Positions 10,601 through 20,134 of a stretch of DNA of 64,000 nt are shown piece by piece. The notes beneath the pieces were generated by a model, which had not been told where the DNA came from, did no database searches, and saw nothing but the letters and a program-made list of their open reading frames with translations. The stretch lies in contig CAXBME010000006.1 in assembly GCA_963976765.1 (NCBI GenBank), positions 248,001 through 312,000 on the forward strand. The letters are read 5' to 3'. Position numbers and translations under genes: made by a program. Positions within the stretch are counted from its first letter, which is position 1; each line of letters starts with the position of its first letter. This DNA is from an uncultured Planctomycetaceae bacterium (lineage in GTDB: Bacteria; Planctomycetota; Planctomycetia; Planctomycetales; Planctomycetaceae).

Positions 10601-10850
10601 CCGGCATCGTCAGCTCATTAGCCAGTTCCTCAAGGTCTGAGTAGTGCCCCTGACGCTGTACCCAGAGGTGATTGACCTGAACGGCGTCGGAAAAATCAAC
10701 GATAATCTCGCGGCTGAAACTGAGGCTCGCGCTGATCGCCGCGATATCGAGTGCGGCGACGACGAAGTACATGTAATGCCATTTCGCGCGGCGGGGACTT
10801 CCAGTAGCGGATGAAGCATCTGAAGGAACCGTAGCATTGTGGGAAATCAT
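7629..10850 (-). CDS. Hybrid sensor histidine kinase (TM sensor, PAS, HisKA, HATPase, REC, Hpt)
   Basis: FLANMSHEIRTP, NLVGNAIKFT, DSGIG, GGTGLGL, REC LAED/FMDMQMP, Hpt AHQLKGAAG. Confidence 0.92.
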   Translation of the reverse strand: MISHNATVPSDASSATGSPRRAKWHYMYFVVAALDIAAISASLSFSREIIVDFSDAVQVNHLWVQRQGHYSDLEELANELTMPGTDVFESKNVDREELRLNTAESRFEEQLELARAEARQNVPPDQVDDIVRGLSRFGEHVEEVITQSREILQLARKGDYEAAVHHLALVNHASGESGKEMSKLNQFIRGIHDTRFELQLADAETVRGYQSWFGAGVLMMIVLGSWYGHKLSRAVHASIDTSSRQAAELADQQARLRTIFNTASEGIITISGQGAIEACNEATLNLFQCEESELIGAQLNTLVERVMVGDDDESNHARILDINSLIGTKQVLVAYRPCGTKFYVQFSAAEVKFNDHSVITGILTDITEQKAVEEQLHEARLAAESATAAKSQFLANMSHEIRTPMSAIIGYSDLLLDPAQTADDRVNCVSTIRRNADHLLTLINDILDLSKIEADRMTVESIQCSPCQLVSDVASLMRVRAAESDIDFHIKYDSAVPASIKSDPVRIRQVLINLVGNAIKFTKDGAVKVHVWSEGLDGDNPTINFRVVDSGIGMTEDQKSRLFRPFTQADYSTTRKFGGTGLGLTISKTLVNMMGGEITVSSVPGLGSCFEFSLPTGSLENVEIITDPSEINVSESMDQEKTVAASGPVNARVLLAEDGVDNRRLISFHLKKAGCHVTTAENGKIAFDEATAAEKRNEPFDLIFMDMQMPVMDGYQAASKLRETGYKGPICALTAHAMNGDREKCINAGCDNYLTKPIDVDKLVSTVRQSWNAASVEDQDRIVIEPRSLETAPASLDTSSTRKLEAEVVVPSETMNDPEVISEIKLPDDGSKSLSSTSTDRAGTLLTTDNEASVPQRSRACIEPLISDFADDPDMLEIIEMFVDGLSERIDSILTAFDDRNFTTVSGIAHQLKGAAGGYGYPTLSELAFDVEQLAKQNAEDVQIEKALTLLVDQCRGAIAGVRGLESLKETVGPVDAAIVAAAGNQVPPEEPATSDRQNAMLESIHQNVPEIVHSSNAAGSAVGNPLREIAAQFANLNDPTIDSQQLSATLMSLAQVLSTASKSNSSMTESVS

Positions 10851-11186
10851 TGTTTATCCGATGTTTAGAAGGGATGGCGCCCCTGACCGTTGGCCACGGT
10901 GCTGCGGCAAAAAACAAGCTGCCAGACCAGAAGTCACTTGCTCTTGCTTGCGAAAGTGATGCCCGGGTTGAGTGAATTCCTGCATGCATCTCAGAGAAAC
11001 ATAGAACGCGGGTGAACCCTCAATAGACGGCATTTGCGGTGAACACCACATTGCAGCGCGATGCCGTGACAGATGAGGCGAATCTCTCACGCGGGAAAGA
11101 AAGAAGGCTCGGAATCGATGATCGATCCCGAGCCTTTCCGCATGTTTGAACGGCAGTTTTCTGCTGATCCAGCTTTGCTTTTTCAG

Positions 11187-13154
11187 CTACTTCGCAGCGG
11201 TGGCGTCAGCTGGCTTGTAACCAGGAGCGGCGATGATCTTCAGCGTCTCTTTCGCATCATCAATGTTCCAGATACGGACCTCACCGTTGTAAGAACCCGC
11301 AGCAACTCGCTTTGTGCCAGCATGAACCGCCACTGAGTACACCCAATCGGTATGTCCGGCGAAGGTTTTCAGCACCTTGCCGTCTGACACCTGATGCGAA
11401 CGGGCATTCTTGTCGGCGCTGCAACTGAAAACGTGGCCTTCTGGAGTGACAATGATGCCGAACACTTCATTGCCAAATCCACCAATCGCTTTCACCTGTT
11501 TTGCATCGGCGACGTTCCAGGTGCGGATCTGTTTGTCGCTCCCGCTGGAAACAACAATCTTGCCGTCCGCCTGAAAGCCAACTCCGTAAACCGGCTGACC
11601 ATGCCCGTTGAAGGTGACCAGCGAATCGCCTGACACTGCGTCGAAAAGTTTCGACGTCTTATCCCGGCTTGCCGATGCCAAACGAGTTCCATCGGCTGAC
11701 CAGGCGACGTCCATCACCCAGTCGGCGTGATCTTCGATCAGCAACTGTTGCTGCTGAGTCGCGAAATCGAAAATTCGAATCGCCCGATCAGCTCCGGCGG
11801 TGGCAAGTCGTTTTTCATCTGGACTGAGCGAAACAGCAAAAACGGAATCGTCTGTTCGAACCAGATCTCCCAGCAGCTTGCCGTCAGCAACCTGGAAGAT
11901 CTTGGCTTCGCCAATCTGAGCGGGAGTTCCCGATGCCACGACAATCTTCTGACCATCCTTTGTGAACTCGATGTCGTAAACCCGCTCGGCAATGTTTGTG
12001 ATGCGTCTCAGCAGCGAGCCGTCTTCGACTTTCCAAAGAACAACTTCGTGGTATCCCGATGTTGCCAGTGTGGCACCGTCCGGACTGAACGCAACGGACG
12101 TAACCGGAACGGGTACTGGATAGGCTTCCGGCGGATTGGGCTGAGTTTCCTTTGGCATGATCTGAATCAACGGTGCCGAGGGACTCAATCCGGCGTCCAG
12201 AACAGCTCCGGTATTGATCCAGTTTTTGACCGCTGCAATCTGCTCAGGAGTCAGCGGGTCAGCATCCTTGGGCATCGAGCCATCTTCGATCATTGCGAAC
12301 AGAGTCGACGAATCAGCATCGCCAGTTTCGATTGCATCGCCCGACTCTCCGCCTTTGAGGATCGCGGCGAAGGTCTCCATGTTGTACCGGCCTTTGGCGG
12401 TGCGAGCGTTGTGGCAGGCCAGGCAGCGCTTCGAGAAAATCGGCGCAACGGTTTCCGCAAACGAGACCAGCTTCCCGATGCCGATCATATGCTTTTCCGC
12501 CGCTCGTCGTTTATCGACATGTTCCTTACTGATCGCCGCGAACTCGGTCGATGCTTTCTCAAGTTGAGGCTTGAATGAGGCGAACTGTCCGTCAGCCTGC
12601 TTCAGCCCTTCCTGCGAATCAGTCAGTGCCTTTTTTGTCGTTGCGATTGTCGTTTCAACGGCCTTTGCAGCGGCTTGAGCATCGGTCAGAGCTTTTGCTG
12701 CTGCCGCTGCTTTCGTTTCTTCTGCTTTCGCCTTCGCGTCTGCCTCGGCGGCTTTCTTCTTCAGATCCTCAGCGACCGCCCGAGCGGTCTTTGCAGCGGC
12801 ATCTGCCGCTTTCTGTGCGGCGTCGGCTTTGGCGACTTTCTCCTGCTCAGGTTTCAACCTGGCTTCTGCATCGGCAATGGCTTTCTCGGCGTTGCGAATT
12901 TCGGCCTTCAGCTTCGTCAGAACACCCTGCAACTCCGTTGCTTTTAGTTGAGCTGCTTTCAAAGCTGCTTCGGACTGTGCCGCGCGAGCCTTTGCCTCAT
13001 CAGCGACTTTGACCAGCTCGGCCGCTTTCTGCTCCTCTTCGGGCGTTGCCGCCAGAACCGGAACAGACACCAGCTCCAGGCTGATGACCATTGCAAGCAA
13101 CGAGGCACGAACACTCAGAGAAATAACGTTTCGAATCCAGGGCGAGTTTGTCAT
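11187..13154 (-). CDS. Secreted WD40-repeat protein with planctomycete cytochrome c domain and Ala/Lys coiled coil
   Basis: Signal-like N-terminus, CLACH heme motif with MPK...W.xGA, repeated GH..WV/VAFSPDG units; start set at ATG 13154. Confidence 0.85.
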   Translation of the reverse strand: MTNSPWIRNVISLSVRASLLAMVISLELVSVPVLAATPEEEQKAAELVKVADEAKARAAQSEAALKAAQLKATELQGVLTKLKAEIRNAEKAIADAEARLKPEQEKVAKADAAQKAADAAAKTARAVAEDLKKKAAEADAKAKAEETKAAAAAKALTDAQAAAKAVETTIATTKKALTDSQEGLKQADGQFASFKPQLEKASTEFAAISKEHVDKRRAAEKHMIGIGKLVSFAETVAPIFSKRCLACHNARTAKGRYNMETFAAILKGGESGDAIETGDADSSTLFAMIEDGSMPKDADPLTPEQIAAVKNWINTGAVLDAGLSPSAPLIQIMPKETQPNPPEAYPVPVPVTSVAFSPDGATLATSGYHEVVLWKVEDGSLLRRITNIAERVYDIEFTKDGQKIVVASGTPAQIGEAKIFQVADGKLLGDLVRTDDSVFAVSLSPDEKRLATAGADRAIRIFDFATQQQQLLIEDHADWVMDVAWSADGTRLASASRDKTSKLFDAVSGDSLVTFNGHGQPVYGVGFQADGKIVVSSGSDKQIRTWNVADAKQVKAIGGFGNEVFGIIVTPEGHVFSCSADKNARSHQVSDGKVLKTFAGHTDWVYSVAVHAGTKRVAAGSYNGEVRIWNIDDAKETLKIIAAPGYKPADATAAK

Positions 13155-13527
13155 GAATGTCCTCGTGGGAAACCGTCGAGCGGTCAGGACTGTTGGCGTG
13201 AAGTAAAGGTGGGAGCCTGCGATTGTCAGCACAACAACAACGCCGATCGAGACAGCAAGTGGTCGACTGTCTTTCGCGAACGCCGCGGGAAGGTGTGACC
13301 TATCAAAGGATACCGATAGCATCCGGGGCTCCTTCAAAGGTGTCAAGCGGGGCACGAAGAATCATCTCAGGCAATTTCTGCTGACAATTTTCGAACGTCC
13401 GCACCACGACTGAAATTAAAGAGTCAGCGACTGGCGTCAGCATGTCCGATTAACAAAGCTGCTCGCGTTCTCCGTTCGGAGTTCACCAGCGGCACGTCTG
13501 AAAGAAATTGAGGTAGAAGTCAGGACC

Positions 13528-15138
13528 ATGACGGACTCGTCACGTGACACAGCTGGTCAACAGCCAAAGCAAAGCGATCTGCTTCCCCTCTTGTGCCTGT
13601 GGATTGGATTTCTGAGCTTCTCGTTCTGCCACGCGCCGATTCCGGGGGTAAACGAGCCTCATTATCTGACGAAATCTCTACACGCCTGGGACGACACCTG
13701 GGCCGCCGGCGATTTCTTTCTGGAGTCATCCAACGCTCACCTGGTCTTTTACCGGACGGTCGGCGCGCTCACGCTCGTAACGTCCTTCGCGACTTCGGCA
13801 TTGATCGGTCGAATTCTGGCTTACGGATTGCTGGCGCTGGCGTGGCAGCAACTCTGCAAGCAACTGGCCAACGATCGATGGAGCGGCTGTCTCTCTGGAG
13901 CGGTGTTTCTGCTGATGGCTTCGATCGGAAACTTTTCCGGAGAATGGTTGATCGGCGGTGTCGAGGCAAAAGTCTTCTCTTACGGATTTGTCTTCTGGGG
14001 AATCGCGTCTTTGCTGCGCGGCGGATTCTGGCAGGCAGGGCTGATGCTCGGCGCCGGAGTCGCCATGCATCCTCTGGTCGGGTTGTGGTCCGTTATTGCG
14101 ATGACGATGGCGGGCGTCTGGTCGTTGGTCGGCGATACTCGACGCCAGGGTATCGCGGTCGCGCTGGCAGCAGGCCGGAACTTCGCCAGCCAGCGTGCGA
14201 TGATCCTCGCGATGGTTCTTTTCGCTGGAACCGCCGCGTGGGGTATCTTTCCGGCGCTGATGTCCGTGCTGTCCGCCGACTCAAAACTGGCGTTCCAGGC
14301 GAACTACATCCAGGTGTTTTACCGACTGCCTCACCACCTCGACCCGATGAAGTTTAAAACGAGCGCGTATGTTGGCTACGCGATCCTTGGCGGCGTTGCC
14401 TGGCTCCTGAACAGTCTGGTGCAAGATCAATCAAAAAAAGATTGGCCCCTGAGATTTCTGTCGAGAACCATCGTTTGCTCGGGCATCATTGCAGCGACGG
14501 GCGTGCTGATTGGACTGGGACCTCGCCCGCCGGTCGAAATGCCTTATTACGAATTCCGCATGAACCTGCTGAAGTTTTACCCTTTCCGCCTGTTCGACGT
14601 TGCGCTTCCTGTTCTCGTTTCGATCCAGCTATCGATTCTTTTCAGCGAACGTCGGCTGCTGAGCGTGCTCCTGCCGACCAGATCGCGATCGATCATCGTC
14701 GCTGCCTGTTTCGGAGCCGCGTTGTTTCTTAACGCCGGTCGAGGCTCGATTGACAGAATGACCGATATCCAGCGTGCTGACTGGAGCAAACTCTGTGCAT
14801 GGGTCAAAGAGAATACCCCGCGCGACTCACTGATTCTGACGCCGAAAGAAAGTCGTTCGTTCAAGTGGTTCGCTGAACGTGCTGAGTACGTCGCCTTCAA
14901 AGACTGCCCGCAGGACGCCGCCGGAATCGTTGAGTGGAACAATCGGCTGAAGTTTCTGAAGAAGTGGGGCGAAGAAAACTGGAACGGAACGTCGTACTCA
15001 GCCATCGTCACGAATCAACTTCACGAAGCCACCGGAATCACGCATCTGGTTTCGAACCGCTGGGGCCCGTTTGACGCACCAGTCGTCTACGAGAATGACA
15101 CGTACCGCGTCTACCAGATTGACGAACTGCGTCAGTAG
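13528..15138 (+). CDS. Multi-pass membrane protein (DUF6798-like)
   Basis: Many hydrophobic segments; VNEPHYL, HPLVG, RLPHHLDP, FKDCPQ motifs; family assignment from memory. Confidence 0.6.
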   Translation: MTDSSRDTAGQQPKQSDLLPLLCLWIGFLSFSFCHAPIPGVNEPHYLTKSLHAWDDTWAAGDFFLESSNAHLVFYRTVGALTLVTSFATSALIGRILAYGLLALAWQQLCKQLANDRWSGCLSGAVFLLMASIGNFSGEWLIGGVEAKVFSYGFVFWGIASLLRGGFWQAGLMLGAGVAMHPLVGLWSVIAMTMAGVWSLVGDTRRQGIAVALAAGRNFASQRAMILAMVLFAGTAAWGIFPALMSVLSADSKLAFQANYIQVFYRLPHHLDPMKFKTSAYVGYAILGGVAWLLNSLVQDQSKKDWPLRFLSRTIVCSGIIAATGVLIGLGPRPPVEMPYYEFRMNLLKFYPFRLFDVALPVLVSIQLSILFSERRLLSVLLPTRSRSIIVAACFGAALFLNAGRGSIDRMTDIQRADWSKLCAWVKENTPRDSLILTPKESRSFKWFAERAEYVAFKDCPQDAAGIVEWNNRLKFLKKWGEENWNGTSYSAIVTNQLHEATGITHLVSNRWGPFDAPVVYENDTYRVYQIDELRQ

Positions 15139-15144
15139 ACCTGA

Positions 15145-16914
15145 TCAGCGTTGTCCGGCGGCCTGAGGAGGTGGAACGCTGGCCGCTTCGGCAGCGCGTC
15201 GCTCGTTCAGTCGTTCGAGAACCTCTTTAACGGCGTCTCCGACTGGAACCAGTTCCGGACCATCACCGGTTCGCCACTTCAATTCGACGTTTCCGTCTTT
15301 CAAACCTTTGCCACCGATCACCAGCCGCAACGGAATTCCGATCAGGTCGGCGTCTTTGAATTTGAAACCCGGTCGAGCGTTTCGGTCGTCCATCAGAACA
15401 TCCACGCCCGCCGCTTTCAGCTCATCGTAAGAACGATTCGCAACGGCCATGACTTCTTCGTCGTCGACGTTCAGCGGAACGATGAGCAATTCATACGGAG
15501 CGATCGACAGTGGCCAGACCAGCCCGTTGTCATCAAATTTTGTTTCACAGAGCGAGGCGATGATTCGGTTAACCCCGATTCCGTAGCAGCCCATGATGAT
15601 CGGATGCTTCTTTTCCTTTTCGTCGACGTAGTTGGCGTCGAGCGATGTCGAATATTTTGTTCCCAGTTTGAAGACGTGTCCGATTTCAATGCCGTTCACG
15701 ATTTCGAGAGTCCCGTCGCACTTCGGGCAGGCGTCGCCGCTGCCTGCATTTCGCAGGTCGAATGTCGTCGACAGTTCATAATCACGACCGACGTTGACGC
15801 CGGTGTAATGTTTGTCGACTTCGTTGCCGCCGGTGACCGCGTCGACAATCTGCGCGACGTCGTGGTCAGCGATGATGTCACATTTGATTCCAACCGGTCC
15901 GGCAAATCCCGTCGGGGCACCGGTCACCGCGAGGACCGTTGCGTCGTCAGCTAATTCAACGCTGCTCGCGCCGAGGGCTCGTCGAATCTTACCTTCATTG
16001 GCTTCGTGATCGCCTCGAATCAGCACGGCGACGGGTTTGTTGTCGGCCTGGTAGATGAGCGTCTTGATCATCTGCTGCGGTTTGCTGCCGAGCATTCTGC
16101 TGACCTGTTCGATCGTCGTCACGTCTGGTGTGTCGACCTTCGTCAGCTCAGCGCACGTTTCCGGTTGAGCGATTGTGGCAACTTCGCGACCCGTGTCGGC
16201 TCGTTCAAGATTCGCCGCGTAGGCACACTCTGGACACCGCACGATTTCGTCTTCGCCGTTGCCGGCCGGACACATGAACTCGTGCGACGCATCGCCGCCA
16301 ATCGGACCGCTTTCCGCTTCGACTGGAAGATATTCAAGTCCGCACCGCGCAAAAATGCGGCAGTATGCGGCGTACATCGCGTCGTAGGCTGCGTCGAGTT
16401 GTTCGACGCTCGAACTGAAGCTGTAAGCATCCTTCATGAGAAATTCGCTGGTCCGCAGAACTCCGAACCGCGGTCGCTCTTCGTTGCGGAACTTGGTCTG
16501 AATCTGAAACAGCGTGAAAGGCAGCTGCTTGTAGGTGGTCACGATTTTCGACACCAGGTCGGTGATCACCTCTTCGTGAGTTGGCCCGAGAGCCATGTGA
16601 ACCTTGCGGTCTCCGCGCTTCACTTCGAAGTTAATCAGCACGTTGCCGAATGCTTCCTTTCGTCCGGTTCGCTCGAACAGGTCGATCGGCTGCAGAGCCG
16701 GCATGTGGATCTCGATGGCTCCGGCGCGTTCCATTTCTTCCCGAACGATCGCTTCTGCCTTACGGAGCGCTCGATAGCCGAGCGGCAGGTACGAGTACGC
16801 TCCGGCCATCAACTGCTTGATCAGACCGGCTCGAAGCATCAACTGGTGCGACGGCACTTCGGCGTCTGACGGAATTTCCTTGAGAGTGGGGATGAGGGTT
16901 TGGCTCCAGCGCAC
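15145..16914 (-). CDS. proS: Proline--tRNA ligase
   Basis: GTG start [47 protein letters not shown] editing domain present. Confidence 0.97.
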   Translation of the reverse strand: MRWSQTLIPTLKEIPSDAEVPSHQLMLRAGLIKQLMAGAYSYLPLGYRALRKAEAIVREEMERAGAIEIHMPALQPIDLFERTGRKEAFGNVLINFEVKRGDRKVHMALGPTHEEVITDLVSKIVTTYKQLPFTLFQIQTKFRNEERPRFGVLRTSEFLMKDAYSFSSSVEQLDAAYDAMYAAYCRIFARCGLEYLPVEAESGPIGGDASHEFMCPAGNGEDEIVRCPECAYAANLERADTGREVATIAQPETCAELTKVDTPDVTTIEQVSRMLGSKPQQMIKTLIYQADNKPVAVLIRGDHEANEGKIRRALGASSVELADDATVLAVTGAPTGFAGPVGIKCDIIADHDVAQIVDAVTGGNEVDKHYTGVNVGRDYELSTTFDLRNAGSGDACPKCDGTLEIVNGIEIGHVFKLGTKYSTSLDANYVDEKEKKHPIIMGCYGIGVNRIIASLCETKFDDNGLVWPLSIAPYELLIVPLNVDDEEVMAVANRSYDELKAAGVDVLMDDRNARPGFKFKDADLIGIPLRLVIGGKGLKDGNVELKWRTGDGPELVPVGDAVKEVLERLNERRAAEAASVPPPQAAGQR

Positions 16915-17307
16915 GGCGGATTCCTGACGTCGTCTGAATGAAAATGAGAACCGCTCGAACGCGTGTCGAACGGATGGTTGATCACGAGGCCGGGATTCTA
17001 GGACGGCGGCTTCATTGCCGGAAGCATGACTCGCTGTCTTCGAACCGGGTGGCACAGGCTGACTGCAATCTGTACATGCGACACCAAACTGTTCTGCTTG
17101 GGCCACTCTGTCGAAACATCCCTGGTCCACACACTCGCCCGACTCCCCATCCCCCAGGAACTCACCTGTACGATTCCGGGGATGAGGCTAAATTGATTTG
17201 ATTCTCCCTGCTACCTTGGGACTGCTGAAGTATTCCCCACCGACGCAGGCCCGGTGGGGCAAGAATGCGAATACCTCGACAGTCCCTTTACTATCGACAG
17301 GAAATTC

Positions 17308-18138
17308 ATGCACAAAACATACCTCTCCCTGCTCGTTGCTCTGGTTCTGACAACACTCTGTGCGTTGCCGGTACGCGCTGAGCATGAAGGTAAGATTCAG
17401 GTTTTACTTCTTGGCGACAGCACGACTGAGGGAAGTATTCCTCGAATCATTAAGCCACAGGGACCGCATCTCGAAAAAGTCATCGAACTGCTGCTGGCAG
17501 CCGAGGGTGATCTGCCACCTGCAAACGTCATCCAGTCGGGAGTAAGTGGTGAGTACATCCGACGGCTGATCGATTCGGGACGCTATGACAAAGCAGCTTC
17601 GAAACTTCCGGGGCTCGACTACATCTTTGTTCGTTACGGGATTAACGACCGCGCGCGAGTCAAGAATTTCGAAGCCGATTTCCCTCAACATTACCACGAA
17701 CTGATTGCCATACTCCGGCGGGATCATCCACAAGCTTTGATCATCCCCACCACCAATATTCCATTCTCCGGTGAGGAAGAAACCGCGCTGATGAACCGTC
17801 TTGTTCGCGAGGTTGCCGAGAAAGAGAAACTGGATGTTTTCGACGTGAACCCTCGCTATGCCGAGGAATTGAAGAAAGGGCCGAACATGCTGAATTACCG
17901 GCGATATCCCCTTTCAAAGATTCCTGAGAAATTTCACGAACTCGTCAAGCCTTATGCCCACGGCACCAGCGTGCTCGTCATGAGCAATGAACTGGACGGA
18001 ATTCTCGGTCATCTGCCCGGCTGGTCCGGTGACCGTCACCCGAACCTCGCTGGCTACAACGTCATCGCCGACGAAACAGCGAAGTACCTCGCGAACTTGC
18101 TACGGAAACGAAACGCCGCACAGTCCTCGACCCCATAG
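17308..18138 (+). CDS. SGNH/GDSL hydrolase with signal peptide
   Basis: LLGDSTT, YGIND, DRHPNLAGY. Confidence 0.8.
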   Translation: MHKTYLSLLVALVLTTLCALPVRAEHEGKIQVLLLGDSTTEGSIPRIIKPQGPHLEKVIELLLAAEGDLPPANVIQSGVSGEYIRRLIDSGRYDKAASKLPGLDYIFVRYGINDRARVKNFEADFPQHYHELIAILRRDHPQALIIPTTNIPFSGEEETALMNRLVREVAEKEKLDVFDVNPRYAEELKKGPNMLNYRRYPLSKIPEKFHELVKPYAHGTSVLVMSNELDGILGHLPGWSGDRHPNLAGYNVIADETAKYLANLLRKRNAAQSSTP

Positions 18139-18247
18139 GGGCGGCTGGCAACAGTCTGCCGAGTAATGTGACAGGTCGACTGTTCGTCTCGCGAAGTTTT
18201 TCAAAAAGAAAACCGTCGCTCATTCGAGTCAACGTCATCAATGCAGA

Positions 18248-18277
18248 AAGCCCGACCTCCCGGTAGAGGTCGGGCTT
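18248..18277. terminator. Hairpin/terminator between convergent genes
   Basis: AAGCCCGACCTC-N6-GAGGTCGGGCTT, a perfect 12-bp stem. Confidence 0.65.
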
Positions 18278-18416
18278 CGAAACACTTCGCGGGGAAAGGC
18301 GACGAAGTTTTCAGTTGACTGGTTCGGGCAGTATCACCGGCAGACCGGTGCGACCTCACCCTGACCCCGAACTCTTGAGTGAAATCTTTCGGCCAGGGTC
18401 GTCGGGTCGGGAATGT

Positions 18417-18593
18417 TTACTTCTGGATTTCCTGGAGTGACGTTGTGTAAAGGCCGAGCGTGGTCGTTCCAAGCTCTCCGATCGCAACGACACAAACCAG
18501 GAATACGAAGGCCAGCATGACGCAGTACTCGACTGATGTCGGGCCGTCATCTGATTTCAGAAATGTCTTCACGCTATGCAGAAACTGGCGCAT
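18417..18593 (-). CDS. Flp family type IVb pilin
   Basis: FLKSDDG|PTSVEY prepilin cleavage motif followed by a hydrophobic helix; SD GGAGG upstream. Confidence 0.88.
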   Translation of the reverse strand: MRQFLHSVKTFLKSDDGPTSVEYCVMLAFVFLVCVVAIGELGTTTLGLYTTSLQEIQK

Positions 18594-19127
18594 TACTGAG
18601 CCTCCGATCAACTTCAGGTACGGGCTTCAATGACTCGTTCCTGGCCCGGTGTGGGGTATCTGGTCCGCTGGACGGAACTCTGTCCGGCGGCAACCGACAA
18701 GTTCGATCCCAATTTCCACAACCGTAGTTCAAACTTGTCGGCCACGACGTTCGCGGAGGTGTTTACTGCGTAACCTGTTCATAGATGTTGTGTTTACCAA
18801 GTGAATTGTCGCAAGACCCGCGACAGGCATGACTGTCATGCAGCACATGCTAAACACAACGTGCGTACAAAAACCCTCACCGAACGGGCGTTAAAGTCGC
18901 CCCAGCCTGCTGCACCTGCATACTCGGCAACAATTAAAAGTCCGACGTCATTTGCCGCGAGCTTCCCAGCAGGATCATGTGGTTCAGGATTTCGTGGTTG
19001 ATTCGATCCTGCGGGTTGTCGGCTGTAGCTCAAACCGGAGCCGGTCGATACCGATGTCTGACCAGAGATCCTGGAAACACGTTCCCGACGGAAGCGGGAT
19101 GCGTTGCCAGGCCACTCTGAAATCAAC

Positions 19128-19142
19128 TGGCACGATGCTTGA
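19128..19142 (+). promoter_or_regulatory. Possible sigma-54 -24/-12 promoter
   Basis: TGGCACG-ATGC-TTGA versus consensus TGGCACG-N4-TTGC; the conserved -12 C is missing. Confidence 0.35.
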
Positions 19143-19150
19143 CTACAGGA

Positions 19151-19948
19151 ATGGACACTCCGATGCGCTCACACGACGAACACACTCAACAGCTCGAATC
19201 TCTGCAGCAGCAGATCGCCGTTCTGCAGGAGCAACTGATGCGTGCTCAGAAGATGAGTTCTGTCGGTGAAATGGCTGCGTCGATCACGCACGAGTTCAAC
19301 AATATTCTCACGACGACGATCAACTACGCGAAGATGGGGCTGCGCCACAAAGATGACGCGACGCGGGAAAAAGCGTTCAATCGAATTCTCTCGGCCGGAC
19401 AGCGAGCCGCCCGAATCACGACAGGCATGCTGGGATATGCCCGGTCGAAAGGTGTTCGCAAAGAAGAAATCGATCTGGCGCAGATCGTCTCTGACGTACT
19501 GATTCTCTGCGAAAAAGATCTGCAGATGAATCGTGTTAAACTTCAGACGGACGTTCTCGGGCACCCGGTCTGCGAAGTGAACATCTCGCATCTTCAGCAG
19601 GTGTTGCTCAACCTGATCGTCAACGCCCGACAGGCGATGGATGGCGGCGGCATGTTGTACGTTACGGTCCGCACCAGCGACGACGGCAGCATGGGCGAAC
19701 TTGAGGTTCGCGATACCGGAGCCGGCATTCCGTCGGAAGAACTCCCGAATATCTTCAAGCCATTCTTCACGACCAAAGAAGCGGACGATAACGGCCAGGG
19801 CGGTACAGGCCTGGGTCTGGCGTTCTGCCGGGAAGTTATCGAAGCTCACAAAGGCAAAATGCGGGTTGCCAGTACCGTCGGACAGGGGACTTCATTCACG
19901 CTGATGCTGCCTCTCGCCAGGGCCGCCGAAAGTCGCAAGTCGGCCTGA
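19151..19948 (+). CDS. Cytoplasmic histidine kinase without a sensor domain
   Basis: Short coiled coil, ITHEFNN H-box, NLIVNARQA, DTGAGI, FFTTK, GTGLGL; start 19151 or 19163. Confidence 0.88.
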   Translation: MDTPMRSHDEHTQQLESLQQQIAVLQEQLMRAQKMSSVGEMAASITHEFNNILTTTINYAKMGLRHKDDATREKAFNRILSAGQRAARITTGMLGYARSKGVRKEEIDLAQIVSDVLILCEKDLQMNRVKLQTDVLGHPVCEVNISHLQQVLLNLIVNARQAMDGGGMLYVTVRTSDDGSMGELEVRDTGAGIPSEELPNIFKPFFTTKEADDNGQGGTGLGLAFCREVIEAHKGKMRVASTVGQGTSFTLMLPLARAAESRKSA

Positions 19949-20134
19949 CCGGAAAATGTGAGCCACGGTCGAGAAGTTTCGAACTCGCGCGATAAACTGA
20001 CGCTCAGAGCCTGTGACTTGTTTCAAGCCGCGGGCTCTTTTTGCAGGGTGAGCACCGCTCACCAAAGTTCAATTTGCTGGTGGGCCGTATCCACCCTGCC
20101 TCCTGCGACCTGTCCTCAACTGAGGAATCTCACT

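Noticed and set aside
18594..18800. c-di-GMP riboswitch upstream of the Flp pilin
   Set aside because: The GEMM core (GGCAAAC...GAAA...GACGCAAAG) is not visible on the minus strand
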